Assembly (NCBI GenBank): GCA_050949505.1
Contig: JBMNFV010000001.1
Span: forward strand, 286,284 to 350,283
Length of the DNA stretch: 64,000 nt
Reading direction: 5' to 3'
Source: Patescibacteria group bacterium
GTDB taxonomy: Bacteria; Patescibacteriota; Patescibacteriia; Patescibacteriales; UBA12465
Made by a program: the position numbers and the translations under genes. Numbering within the stretch: position 1 is the first letter of the stretch; every line of letters begins with the position of its first letter. Of the stretch, positions 7,591-14,956 are shown one piece after another. Below the pieces are notes generated by a model. The model ran no database searches. It saw nothing but the letters and a program-made list of their open reading frames with translations, and was not told the DNA's origin.

Positions 7591-9263
7591 AATAGCAATT
7601 TATTGGAGAGATGCCAGAGTGGTTGAATGGAACAGTCTTGAAAACTGTCGTTGGTGCAAGCCAACCGTGGGTTCGAATCCCACTCTCTCCGCCAATTTAC
7701 AATTTCAGAGTTTTCGGAAGTTTTACGCACCTGCGGTGCGGTCGCCTCGCCCGCAGGCGAGGCTGAAAGGGCTGATTTTGCAACGATTTGCCACGCTCCG
7801 CGTGGCGAAAAAGAAATGTTTTGGTTTTGGATTTGGAAGTTCGAACCAATCTTTTTTAGAAAATCCCGAATCCCTTCGGGATTTTCTTTTAAAGCGATAA
7901 TTTTGGCTTGTTTACTGTCATTTATAAACTTGTCGGCGAGTTCGAACCGATTATTGCTTTTTTGTTCAAAAGACTTCAATTTGTCTTTCAAAACTTGTTT
8001 TTGATTGATGAGAACATTTTTCGCTTTTTGGTATTCTTTGATATTCAAGACACTTTCCAAATAAGCGGTCATTAGTTTTTCCAACTTCTCATCAAGTTTT
8101 GAAAGTTCCTTTTCCGTCTTTTGCACAAAAAAGTCTGATGATGTGTCTGATTGGATTTTTTCTTTTTTCAATTCCTTGATCATCCAATCAGCGCAATCAT
8201 CAGGCAAAGAAACTTTTTGAAGTTCCTCACTAATTTGAGATGAAATTTTTTCTTCTCTCGTAAATACCTTTTGCGTGCATTTGTGATGTGGATTTTTCTT
8301 GGTGCAATAGTAGTAAATATATTCTTTCCCACTTTTCTTGATTTTCTTATCTGCCGTTATTGTAAATCCACATTCACCGCACTTGAAAAATCCACGATAA
8401 AGAAAAAATTTCATCTTTTCCACTTTCTGCGGTTTAGATTTTCTTTTCATCACTTCCTGAACTTCGTCAAAAAGCTTCTTTGAAATAATCGGTTTATGCT
8501 TTCCTTCGTAAAATTCACCGCCATAGCGAATAAGTCCATGATAGAAAGGATTTTGCAAAAGGTATTGATAATTTGAAACGGAAAGCATTTTACCTTTCTT
8601 GCCGACAAGTCCCAAGCCGTTGATAATCTTTCGGAGATTTTTCAAAGTATAATTTCCAGTGGCGTATGCCTCAAATGCCTTTTTGATAAATGGCGATTTT
8701 TCTTTATCAACATAAATTAGTTTTGTTTCTTTATTATTCAAATATCCCAAAGGAGCCATTTGAGGCCATAAGCCATTTTTCAATTTTTGCCGATGTCCTC
8801 TCTTGATATTCTCCGAAAGATTATCAACATAATATTTTGACTGTCCGAAAGCTATGGAGAGCATAAATTTGCCTTGCGGAGTGGGATCAAACCAGAAAGT
8901 TGGGAATTTTAGCTCTTGAATAACCCCAGTATCTACGAGATAGATAATTTGTCCGCCGTCAACGCTGTTTCTTGCCAGTCTATCGGGGTGCCAAGCTAAA
9001 ATTCCCACAGCTTCGCCCGCTTCAAGTTTTTTCAACATTTCGGCAAAGAGAGGGCGACCAGGTTTCTTGGCGGTTTGTTTTTCCACAATAGTATCAACAA
9101 TTTCCAAATTTTCCTTTTTCGCTAATTCTTTCAATTCAGAAATCTGGTCGCCAATACTCCGCACCTGTCGATCTTCCGAATCAGTAGATTTGCGGGCGTA
9201 GATGAAAAAATTTCTGTTTTGGTTTGCCGTAGCAGAGCGGAGGCAAGCGGAAACGCACCTCAT
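7584..9263 (-). CDS. large serine recombinase (resolvase catalytic domain, recombinase domain, zinc ribbon, coiled coil)
   Basis: FFIYARKSTDSEDRQVRSIGDQ (catalytic Ser), HPDRLARN, CGECG...YYYCTKKNPHHKC zinc ribbon. The last approximately 37 codons (7584..7694) are antisense to tRNA-Ser (WRREWDSNPR is the antisense of the T arm and acceptor), so the true C-terminus is uncertain. Confidence 0.85.
   Translation of the reverse strand: MRCVSACLRSATANQNRNFFIYARKSTDSEDRQVRSIGDQISELKELAKKENLEIVDTIVEKQTAKKPGRPLFAEMLKKLEAGEAVGILAWHPDRLARNSVDGGQIIYLVDTGVIQELKFPTFWFDPTPQGKFMLSIAFGQSKYYVDNLSENIKRGHRQKLKNGLWPQMAPLGYLNNKETKLIYVDKEKSPFIKKAFEAYATGNYTLKNLRKIINGLGLVGKKGKMLSVSNYQYLLQNPFYHGLIRYGGEFYEGKHKPIISKKLFDEVQEVMKRKSKPQKVEKMKFFLYRGFFKCGECGFTITADKKIKKSGKEYIYYYCTKKNPHHKCTQKVFTREEKISSQISEELQKVSLPDDCADWMIKELKKEKIQSDTSSDFFVQKTEKELSKLDEKLEKLMTAYLESVLNIKEYQKAKNVLINQKQVLKDKLKSFEQKSNNRFELADKFINDSKQAKIIALKENPEGIRDFLKKIGSNFQIQNQNISFSPRGAWQIVAKSALSASPAGEATAPQVRKTSENSEIVNWRREWDSNPRLACTNDSFQDCSIQPLWHLSNKLLLL
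7605..7694 (+). tRNA. tRNA-Ser, anticodon TGA, long variable arm, CCA encoded
   Basis: Acceptor ggagaga/tctctcc, anticodon arm acagt-ctTGAaa-actgt, variable arm gttgg-tgcaag-ccaac, T arm gtggg-ttcgaat-cccac, 3' gcca. The fold is intact. Confidence 0.88.
7726..7806. repeat. cluster of GC-rich short hairpins (left end of island)
   Basis: cgcacc-tgc-ggtgcg (7726..7740), gcctcgcc-cgca-ggcgaggc (7744..7763), gccacgc-tcc-gcgtggc (7790..7806), preceded by ACGATTTG (7783..7790). Confidence 0.6.
7860..7890 (+). terminator. strong intrinsic-terminator-like hairpin downstream of tRNA-Ser, lying antisense inside the recombinase ORF
   Basis: aaaatcccgaa-tccc-ttcgggatttt (11 bp perfect stem) followed by cttttaa. 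Confidence 0.45.
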
Positions 9264-9447
9264 TATTCTGGATTTTGTTCAAAAAAAGTTAGAATTTCAA
9301 CCAAAAGGTACCGCCAAATGTAACTTCCGCTTCCGAAAGGAAATCGGGCATTGGGGTAATGGCGATTATGAAGTGAAGCTCGAAAAGGAAGAAGAAATTG
9401 AGCAAGTTTTTGAGCTTATTAAGCAAAGTTATACCTACAACAAATAA
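9202..9447 (+). CDS. small ORF, probably the C-terminal remnant of a DUF5655-like protein
   Basis: Only the tail (GHWGNGDYEVKLEKEEEIEQVFELIKQSYTYNK) looks like a conserved domain end. The annotated start overlaps the recombinase start by 62 nt on the opposite strand, and the stop is 3 nt before the next gene. Confidence 0.3.
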   Translation: MKKFLFWFAVAERRQAETHLIILDFVQKKLEFQPKGTAKCNFRFRKEIGHWGNGDYEVKLEKEEEIEQVFELIKQSYTYNK

Positions 9448-9449
9448 CT

Positions 9450-10715
9450 ATGGCGAGCAAATCATTAAATAAAAATCTTCATAAGGCGAGCAAAGCAAAG
9501 AATGATGAATTCTATACACAGCTTGGCGATATTGCCAACGAACTCAAACATTACCGTGAACAACTACGCGGCAAGGTTATTTTTTGTAATTGCGATGATC
9601 CGTTTGAGAGTAACTTTTTCAAATATTTTGCTGCTAATTTCAATACGCTCGGCCTTAAAAAGCTTATTTCCACCAGTTTTAGTGGCTCGCCAATCGTGGG
9701 ACAACAAATGCTCCCCGGCTTGATGGAGGGTTTGAAAAAAGCAGAAAAGAAAGAGCCGTATGTGGTGGAAATCAACGAAGTACCGGATATGAACAAAGAC
9801 GGGGCGATAAGTATGGACGACGTTGAGCATTTGCTAAAGCACGATAAAAATGTTTCTACACCACTTAAAGACGGCGATTTTCGTAGTGAGGAATGCGTAG
9901 AACTTCTTAAACAAGCCGATATTGTCATTACCAATCCACCATTCAGTCTTTTTCGTGAATTTGTGGCGCAACTTGTGGAGCATAACAAAAAATTTCTTAT
10001 TATCGGAAGCAAAAATGCCATCACCTATAAAGATATTTTCAAATTGATTAAAGAAAATAAGCTGTGGCTCGGATATGGTTTTGCTGGAGGAAATGCTTAT
10101 TTCAAAATCCCACCAGAGAAGGCGCGCGAATTTGCATCCGGCGTATACGACCCGAATACTGGTCTTGTAAAGTTTCGCAATGTCGGTTGGTACACAAATC
10201 TTTATGTAGATAGGTCTGAAAACCCGCTTACGCCATACCTCACTTATGAGCAAGGCCGCAAGAAAGGACTTTATCCAAAATACGATAATTACGACGCTAT
10301 TGAAGTATCGAAATTAGCTGAAATCCCCACTGATTATGATGGCGTTATGGGGGTTCCGATAACCTTTTTGGATTATTGGACTCCTGATAGCAGCATAGAA
10401 ATAGTCAAATTCAGAAAAGGTGATGACGACAAAGACCTAGCGTTTACGAGAGAGAGAGAGAGTACAACCGTACTTCAGAATACTCATTCGCTATCCTCGG
10501 ACAAACAGGAGTCATTGAACCAGATGGAATCTGTATCGAATACAAAGCGGGCCGACCGTACATCAATGGACAAAGGAAGTATGCGAGATTATTCATCAAA
10601 CAAGTTTGAAATCCTGGGTATCGCAAACTCGGCACGATGGATAGGTTACGAACTGTATACGATTATAGACGGGCGAAAAATTTACAACAGGATTATAATT
10701 AAACGAAGGCAATAA
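9450..10715 (+). CDS. N6-adenine DNA methyltransferase, EcoRI-methylase-like family, with an unusual extended C-terminus
   Basis: N-terminal KNDEFYTQL, catalytic motif IV VITNPPFSLFREF, GVMGVPITFLD, tail IDGRKIYNRIIIKRRQ. Contains the (AG)7 tract at 10448..10462. Confidence 0.8.
   Translation: MASKSLNKNLHKASKAKNDEFYTQLGDIANELKHYREQLRGKVIFCNCDDPFESNFFKYFAANFNTLGLKKLISTSFSGSPIVGQQMLPGLMEGLKKAEKKEPYVVEINEVPDMNKDGAISMDDVEHLLKHDKNVSTPLKDGDFRSEECVELLKQADIVITNPPFSLFREFVAQLVEHNKKFLIIGSKNAITYKDIFKLIKENKLWLGYGFAGGNAYFKIPPEKAREFASGVYDPNTGLVKFRNVGWYTNLYVDRSENPLTPYLTYEQGRKKGLYPKYDNYDAIEVSKLAEIPTDYDGVMGVPITFLDYWTPDSSIEIVKFRKGDDDKDLAFTRERESTTVLQNTHSLSSDKQESLNQMESVSNTKRADRTSMDKGSMRDYSSNKFEILGIANSARWIGYELYTIIDGRKIYNRIIIKRRQ
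10448..10462 (+). repeat. dinucleotide simple sequence repeat (AG)7 inside the methyltransferase gene
   Basis: gagagagagagagag read directly; it encodes RERE in the current frame. Confidence 0.95.
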
Positions 10716-10717
10716 AT

Positions 10718-11815
10718 ATGAAAATAGAGCTAAAAAACATAAAAATACGGGATGTGGTGAACGGCTACAAAGACAGTGGCGAGAGTGGCGTGGTCGGTTA
10801 TGGTGGCAAACTCAATATTCGTCCGGCGTTCCAGCGCGAGTTTATTTATGGGCAGAAAGAGCGCGACGCTGTTATACGAACAGTACGATCAGGCTTTCCG
10901 CTCAATACCATGTATTGGTCGGATGATGGAGATGGAAATTTTGAACTTATGGACGGACAACAACGCACAATTTCAATTTGCCAATACGTTACTGAGATTA
11001 TCCCCATTAAGTTTGATGATGGCTATGAACTCGCTTTCAATAATTTGACCGCTGACCAACAGCAGAAAATTTTAGACTACGAACTATCAATTTACATTTG
11101 CGAGGGTACGGAAAGCGAAAAACTCGCGTGGTTTCGGACGATCAATATTGCGGGCAAGCCTTTAACCGATCAGGAACTTCTGAACGCCATGCACACGGGT
11201 CCGTGGCTTGCCGACGCGAAGCGTTGGTTTAGCAAAACCGGCGGGCCAGCATATCAAATTGGCGAGAATTACATAAACGGCTCGCCGATTCGGCAGGACT
11301 ATTTGGAAAAAGCGCTTGACTGGATTTCAGGAGGCAAAATTGAGAATTACATGAGCCTCCATCAGCAAGACGCTGACGCGCAGGAACTATGGCAATACTT
11401 CCAAGCGGTTATAGCGTGGGTGGAGAGAGTATTTCCTGAATATCGCAAGATTATGAAAGGTTTGGAGTGGGGGCGATTTTATAACGAGCACAAAGACGAC
11501 AAACTGAACGCGGCGAGCCTAGAAAGGCGGATTGCAGAATTGATTGCCGATGACGAGGTGGACAGCAAGAAAGGCATTTACGAATATCTGCTAACGGGCA
11601 ACGAAAAGACGCTCAATCTGAGAGTATTTGATGAAAAGACAAAAGTTGCGCAGTACGAAAAACAGAAAGGAATTTGCCCGATATGCAAAAAACATTTCGC
11701 AATTGACGAAATGGAAGCCGATCATATTGTGCCGTGGCACTCTGGCGGGAAAACAATTGAAAAAAATTGCCAAATGTTGTGCAAGCCAGATAACAGGACT
11801 AAATCTGGGAAATAA
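10718..11815 (+). CDS. DUF262 (ParB/Srx-fold, DGQQR) domain fused to a C-terminal HNH endonuclease
   Basis: IRPAFQREFIYG and LMDGQQRTISI (DUF262 hallmarks). C-terminal CPICKK...EADHIVPWHSGGKT...NCQMLCKPDNRTK (HNH with zinc-binding Cys). Confidence 0.8.
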   Translation: MKIELKNIKIRDVVNGYKDSGESGVVGYGGKLNIRPAFQREFIYGQKERDAVIRTVRSGFPLNTMYWSDDGDGNFELMDGQQRTISICQYVTEIIPIKFDDGYELAFNNLTADQQQKILDYELSIYICEGTESEKLAWFRTINIAGKPLTDQELLNAMHTGPWLADAKRWFSKTGGPAYQIGENYINGSPIRQDYLEKALDWISGGKIENYMSLHQQDADAQELWQYFQAVIAWVERVFPEYRKIMKGLEWGRFYNEHKDDKLNAASLERRIAELIADDEVDSKKGIYEYLLTGNEKTLNLRVFDEKTKVAQYEKQKGICPICKKHFAIDEMEADHIVPWHSGGKTIEKNCQMLCKPDNRTKSGK

Positions 11816-11818
11816 ATT

Positions 11819-13102
11819 ATGAAAAAACCTATTCACTATACAAAACTCATAGTAAATCCGGAGAACTATCGCTTTGATCCAGTAGAGAATCAAGAAGAAG
11901 CGATTGATTTAATGCTTGAAGAAAAAGGGTCAGAAATTGTCAATCTTGCAAAGCATATTTTAGAACACGGGCTAGACGAGGCTAAAGATTTCAGAGTTTT
12001 AGAGGTGAAATCAGGAAAGTACCTTGTGCTGGACGGCAATAGACGAACAACGGCAATTAAATGTTTACATGATCAATCTTTTATAAAAGATGAGAAAATA
12101 AAAAAAGCATTTCAAAATCTAGCCAAAACAAAAAAAGTAGCACCAAAAAATATTCAATCCTTTGTCTACGCTGATGAAAAATCGGCAGCTAAATGGATTA
12201 AGTTAGATCATACTGGTAAAAATGAAGGCGTTGGTCAAGATTCATGGGGGTCTGCAGAAAAAGACAGATTCGCATATAAGTTTGAGGGTAAAATTTCTCC
12301 GGCAATGCAAGCTGTTTCAGTCATAGAGAAAGAATTAAACAAAAAAATCGATACGAAGAAATTAAAGGTATCTACAATCAATCGCATACTATCAAATCCA
12401 GAATCTCGGTCATACTTAGGAGTGAATGTTAGTGGTAGTAAATTGATTTTCACAGCAGCTAAAAAAGAGGCTTGCGCACGCTTGGATAAGTTGTTCGATA
12501 AAGTTATTCAAGACAATGTAACTGTCGCAAGTGTTTATCACACACCTCAAACAATTGAATTTATGAAAGAGCTTTTTGGAGATAAGCCAAAAGACTCAAC
12601 TAAACCAACTCTTCCATTTCACGAAAACGAAGACGTTAAAACTAAAGAAGAAAAGCAAAGAAAAACACAAAGAGAGAAAGCTAAGCAGCAAAAATTCTTC
12701 GGGAAAGATTTGTTCTTAAAAAAAGGAGACACGAATAATATTTACATGGATATATTAGATTTGCATGGTTTTTATGTAAGTAATACTGCTAAGCTTTCCA
12801 AAAATTTTCCCGCAATGATTAGAATGTCTTTGCGATTGCTTGTTGAATCTGCAACGCCTGAAAAGAAAAAAATTGCTGATTATGTGAATAGTAATTTTGT
12901 TGAAGCGAAAGAGGCTTTGACCACGGATCAAAAGACAACATTAGCAAACAACAGTATAAATAATGCAGGAAATTTAATTCAGTTATTACAATCTGGGGCG
13001 CACAACTACGCGAATTCTGCTAATTTTGAACAAACAGTCGCTATGTCAATTATCATAGGAGCGATGTTAGACATAACACACGCAAAACACAATGAAAAGT
13101 AA
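11819..13102 (+). CDS. ParB/Srx-like N-terminal domain protein with an uncharacterised C-terminal region
   Basis: LVLDGNRRTTAIKCL motif (ParB-like DGxRR), Lys-rich linker, helical C-terminus without recognisable motifs. Confidence 0.6.
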   Translation: MKKPIHYTKLIVNPENYRFDPVENQEEAIDLMLEEKGSEIVNLAKHILEHGLDEAKDFRVLEVKSGKYLVLDGNRRTTAIKCLHDQSFIKDEKIKKAFQNLAKTKKVAPKNIQSFVYADEKSAAKWIKLDHTGKNEGVGQDSWGSAEKDRFAYKFEGKISPAMQAVSVIEKELNKKIDTKKLKVSTINRILSNPESRSYLGVNVSGSKLIFTAAKKEACARLDKLFDKVIQDNVTVASVYHTPQTIEFMKELFGDKPKDSTKPTLPFHENEDVKTKEEKQRKTQREKAKQQKFFGKDLFLKKGDTNNIYMDILDLHGFYVSNTAKLSKNFPAMIRMSLRLLVESATPEKKKIADYVNSNFVEAKEALTTDQKTTLANNSINNAGNLIQLLQSGAHNYANSANFEQTVAMSIIIGAMLDITHAKHNEK

Positions 13103-13958
13103 AGCTGACAAAAAAATATCTGGTTTTTCGAGTCCGCTTCGTTATCCAGGCGGGAAAACACGTCTTGCCAACAAACTACTTGAGGCAATAGAGAAAAACT
13201 GCAACCAAAAAGAAAAGGTGATTTTGGTTGAGCCGTATGCCGGTGGAGCGGGCGCTTCCCTTGCTTTGCTTTTTGCAAAAAAAGTTGAAAAAATTGTTAT
13301 CAACGATCTTGATAAGGCAATTTTCACATTCTGGAAAATAGCGGTTTCCGATACTGACTATTTAATCAATAAAATACGGCGAACCGATATAACTATAGAG
13401 GAATGGAGAAAGCAAAAAGCAATTTATGCTTCGACAAAAAGCAAGCGCAAACTTGCATTTGCCACTTTATTTTTAAATAGAACAAATCGCTCCGGAATAA
13501 TGAATGGCGGGCCGATTGGCGGAACTGATCAATCCGGAACATGGAAAGTAAGTGCACGCTTTACCAAACAAACTATTATTGATCGGCTTGAAAAAATTAA
13601 AGAATTTCATAATAAAATTGAAGTGTACAATCTGGACGGCATAGAATTGTTAAAAAAGCTGGAAGAACGAAAAAACCGAAGCCAATATTTTATATTTCTT
13701 GACCCACCGTATTTTCAAAAAGGGCAATCTCTATACTTGAACCATTACAGCAACAAAGATCACGAAAATCTATCAGAATTTTTGGAAAAATCATCATTCA
13801 AGAAGTGGATTATGACTTACGATGACGTTCCATATATTAAAAACTTATACGCAACAATGCGGACAAAAGGATTTGCTATTCAACACAATGCGTATGAGTC
13901 AAAAGTGGGCAGAGAGGTAATGATCTTTCCAAAAGAGTTTATTCCAGTGAATCTTTAA
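13092..13958 (+). CDS. Dam-like (D12 class) N6-adenine DNA methyltransferase
   Basis: SPLRYPGGKTRLA N-terminal motif, EPYAGGAG (SAM binding), FLDPPYF (DPPY catalytic motif). The start overlaps the upstream stop by 11 nt. Confidence 0.85.
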   Translation: MKSKADKKISGFSSPLRYPGGKTRLANKLLEAIEKNCNQKEKVILVEPYAGGAGASLALLFAKKVEKIVINDLDKAIFTFWKIAVSDTDYLINKIRRTDITIEEWRKQKAIYASTKSKRKLAFATLFLNRTNRSGIMNGGPIGGTDQSGTWKVSARFTKQTIIDRLEKIKEFHNKIEVYNLDGIELLKKLEERKNRSQYFIFLDPPYFQKGQSLYLNHYSNKDHENLSEFLEKSSFKKWIMTYDDVPYIKNLYATMRTKGFAIQHNAYESKVGREVMIFPKEFIPVNL

Positions 13959-13992
13959 GGGAGTTCCGCTTGCGCGCGCAGAGAGTATCACC

Positions 13993-14068
13993 ACGCGCTC
14001 CGCGCGTACGATTTGGCTCAGAGCCACCACGCACGCGGAGCGTGCGCAGATCAATCGCTTCGCGATTG
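13993..14068. repeat. cluster of GC-rich triloop hairpins (right end of cargo operon)
   Basis: acgcgc-tcc-gcgcgt (13993..14007), ACGATTTG (14008..14015), cgcacgc-gga-gcgtgcg (14030..14046), caatcgc-ttc-gcgattg (14052..14068). Confidence 0.6.
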
Positions 14069-14129
14069 GAAAAAGGTTCGCGCAAAGGTTAATATTTCAC
14101 CGCCACATTGTGTTAGCACGAAATGGTTT

Positions 14130-14159
14130 AAAACAGAGCTTATTTAAGGCTCTGTTTTT
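14130..14159 (+). terminator. intrinsic terminator closing the methyltransferase/nuclease operon
   Basis: aaaacagagc-ttatttaag-gctctgtttt hairpin plus a T run. Confidence 0.55.
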
Positions 14160-14266
14160 AGTATAATCTTTTTGAAATTATGTGTTAATAATCTTGACTA
14201 TCAATATCAATATACTTGACTTCGCTCTCTCTCAGTGCTAGGCTAATAGTAGTTAAGTGTAAAAAT

Positions 14267-14956
14267 ATGAGTCAAAAATTACATCAATTATTAAAAGATT
14301 TAAGAGAGCAGAAAAGCCTATCACAACAAGAAGTAGCTGAAAAATTAGGCATGTCTAGGCCTTCCTATATTTTAATTGAACAAGGGAAGAGGGGCTTAAC
14401 TTTATTAGAAGCTCAGATAATAACAAAAATGTTTGGTATTAGTTTAGGGGACCTGGAAATGGGAGTAGTGCCAGATATAGAAAAGTACAAAGAGATGATT
14501 CTTTCGTTTCTTAGATTTTTTAATATCAAAGGAGATGGCAAGGTTCCAAAAACTAAATTAGCTAAATTATTATATTTAGCAGATTTTTCTTATTACTATG
14601 CTAATTTTGAAAGTATGAGTGGAATGCAATACCGAAGACTTAAATATGGTCCAGTTTCAGATTTGTATTTTAGAGCCCTAGATGAGTTGGAGGAGGAAGG
14701 GAGAATAGAGCGAGACAACAGGAAGAGCGATGTAATATTAATAAGTGAAAATGAGGGCTCTAAAAAAGCATCATTAAAAAGATTACAAGAAAAAGAGGCA
14801 GGCCTCATTACTAAGATTGCCAAAAAATGGGAAGATAAAAAAACTAGAGAGATTGTTAACTTCACTCACAATCAATTACCCTATAAGGCCAGCTTGCCTG
14901 ATGAAACTATTTCTTACGAATTAATCATTCAAGAAGATCCGGGACATGTTTATTAA
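14267..14956 (+). CDS. XRE-type HTH fused to a Panacea (DUF4065/SocA-like) antitoxin domain
   Basis: LSQQEVAEKLGMSRPSYILIEQGKR (HTH_3), then KTKLAKLLYLADFSYY...YRRLKYGPV (DUF4065 pattern). I prefer ATG 14267 to the upstream alternative start. Confidence 0.7.
   Translation: MSQKLHQLLKDLREQKSLSQQEVAEKLGMSRPSYILIEQGKRGLTLLEAQIITKMFGISLGDLEMGVVPDIEKYKEMILSFLRFFNIKGDGKVPKTKLAKLLYLADFSYYYANFESMSGMQYRRLKYGPVSDLYFRALDELEEEGRIERDNRKSDVILISENEGSKKASLKRLQEKEAGLITKIAKKWEDKKTREIVNFTHNQLPYKASLPDETISYELIIQEDPGHVY

Larger units (their letters stand above)
7695..14160. mobile_element. integrated island next to tRNA-Ser(TGA): large serine recombinase plus a DNA-modification/nuclease operon. The right boundary is uncertain and accessory content continues to about 18.5 kb.
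   Basis: The recombinase gene abuts the tRNA 3' end. Cargo is typical of defence/mobile DNA. Codon and GC texture differs from flanking core genes. GC-rich hairpin clusters occur at both ends. No long direct repeat of the tRNA 3' end was found, as expected for serine recombinases. Confidence 0.6.

Noticed and set aside
7562-8004. Plus-strand ORFs 7562..7900 and 7651..8004
   Set aside because: They run through tRNA-Ser and the GC-rich hairpins, and they are antisense to the recombinase. Their translations are low-complexity with no motifs.
9502-10635. Several ORFs inside or antisense to the methyltransferase gene (9502..9723, 9551..10024, 9564..9830, 9834..10253, 10444..10635)
   Set aside because: They overlap a gene with clear catalytic motifs and have no motifs of their own. 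They are typical shadow frames.
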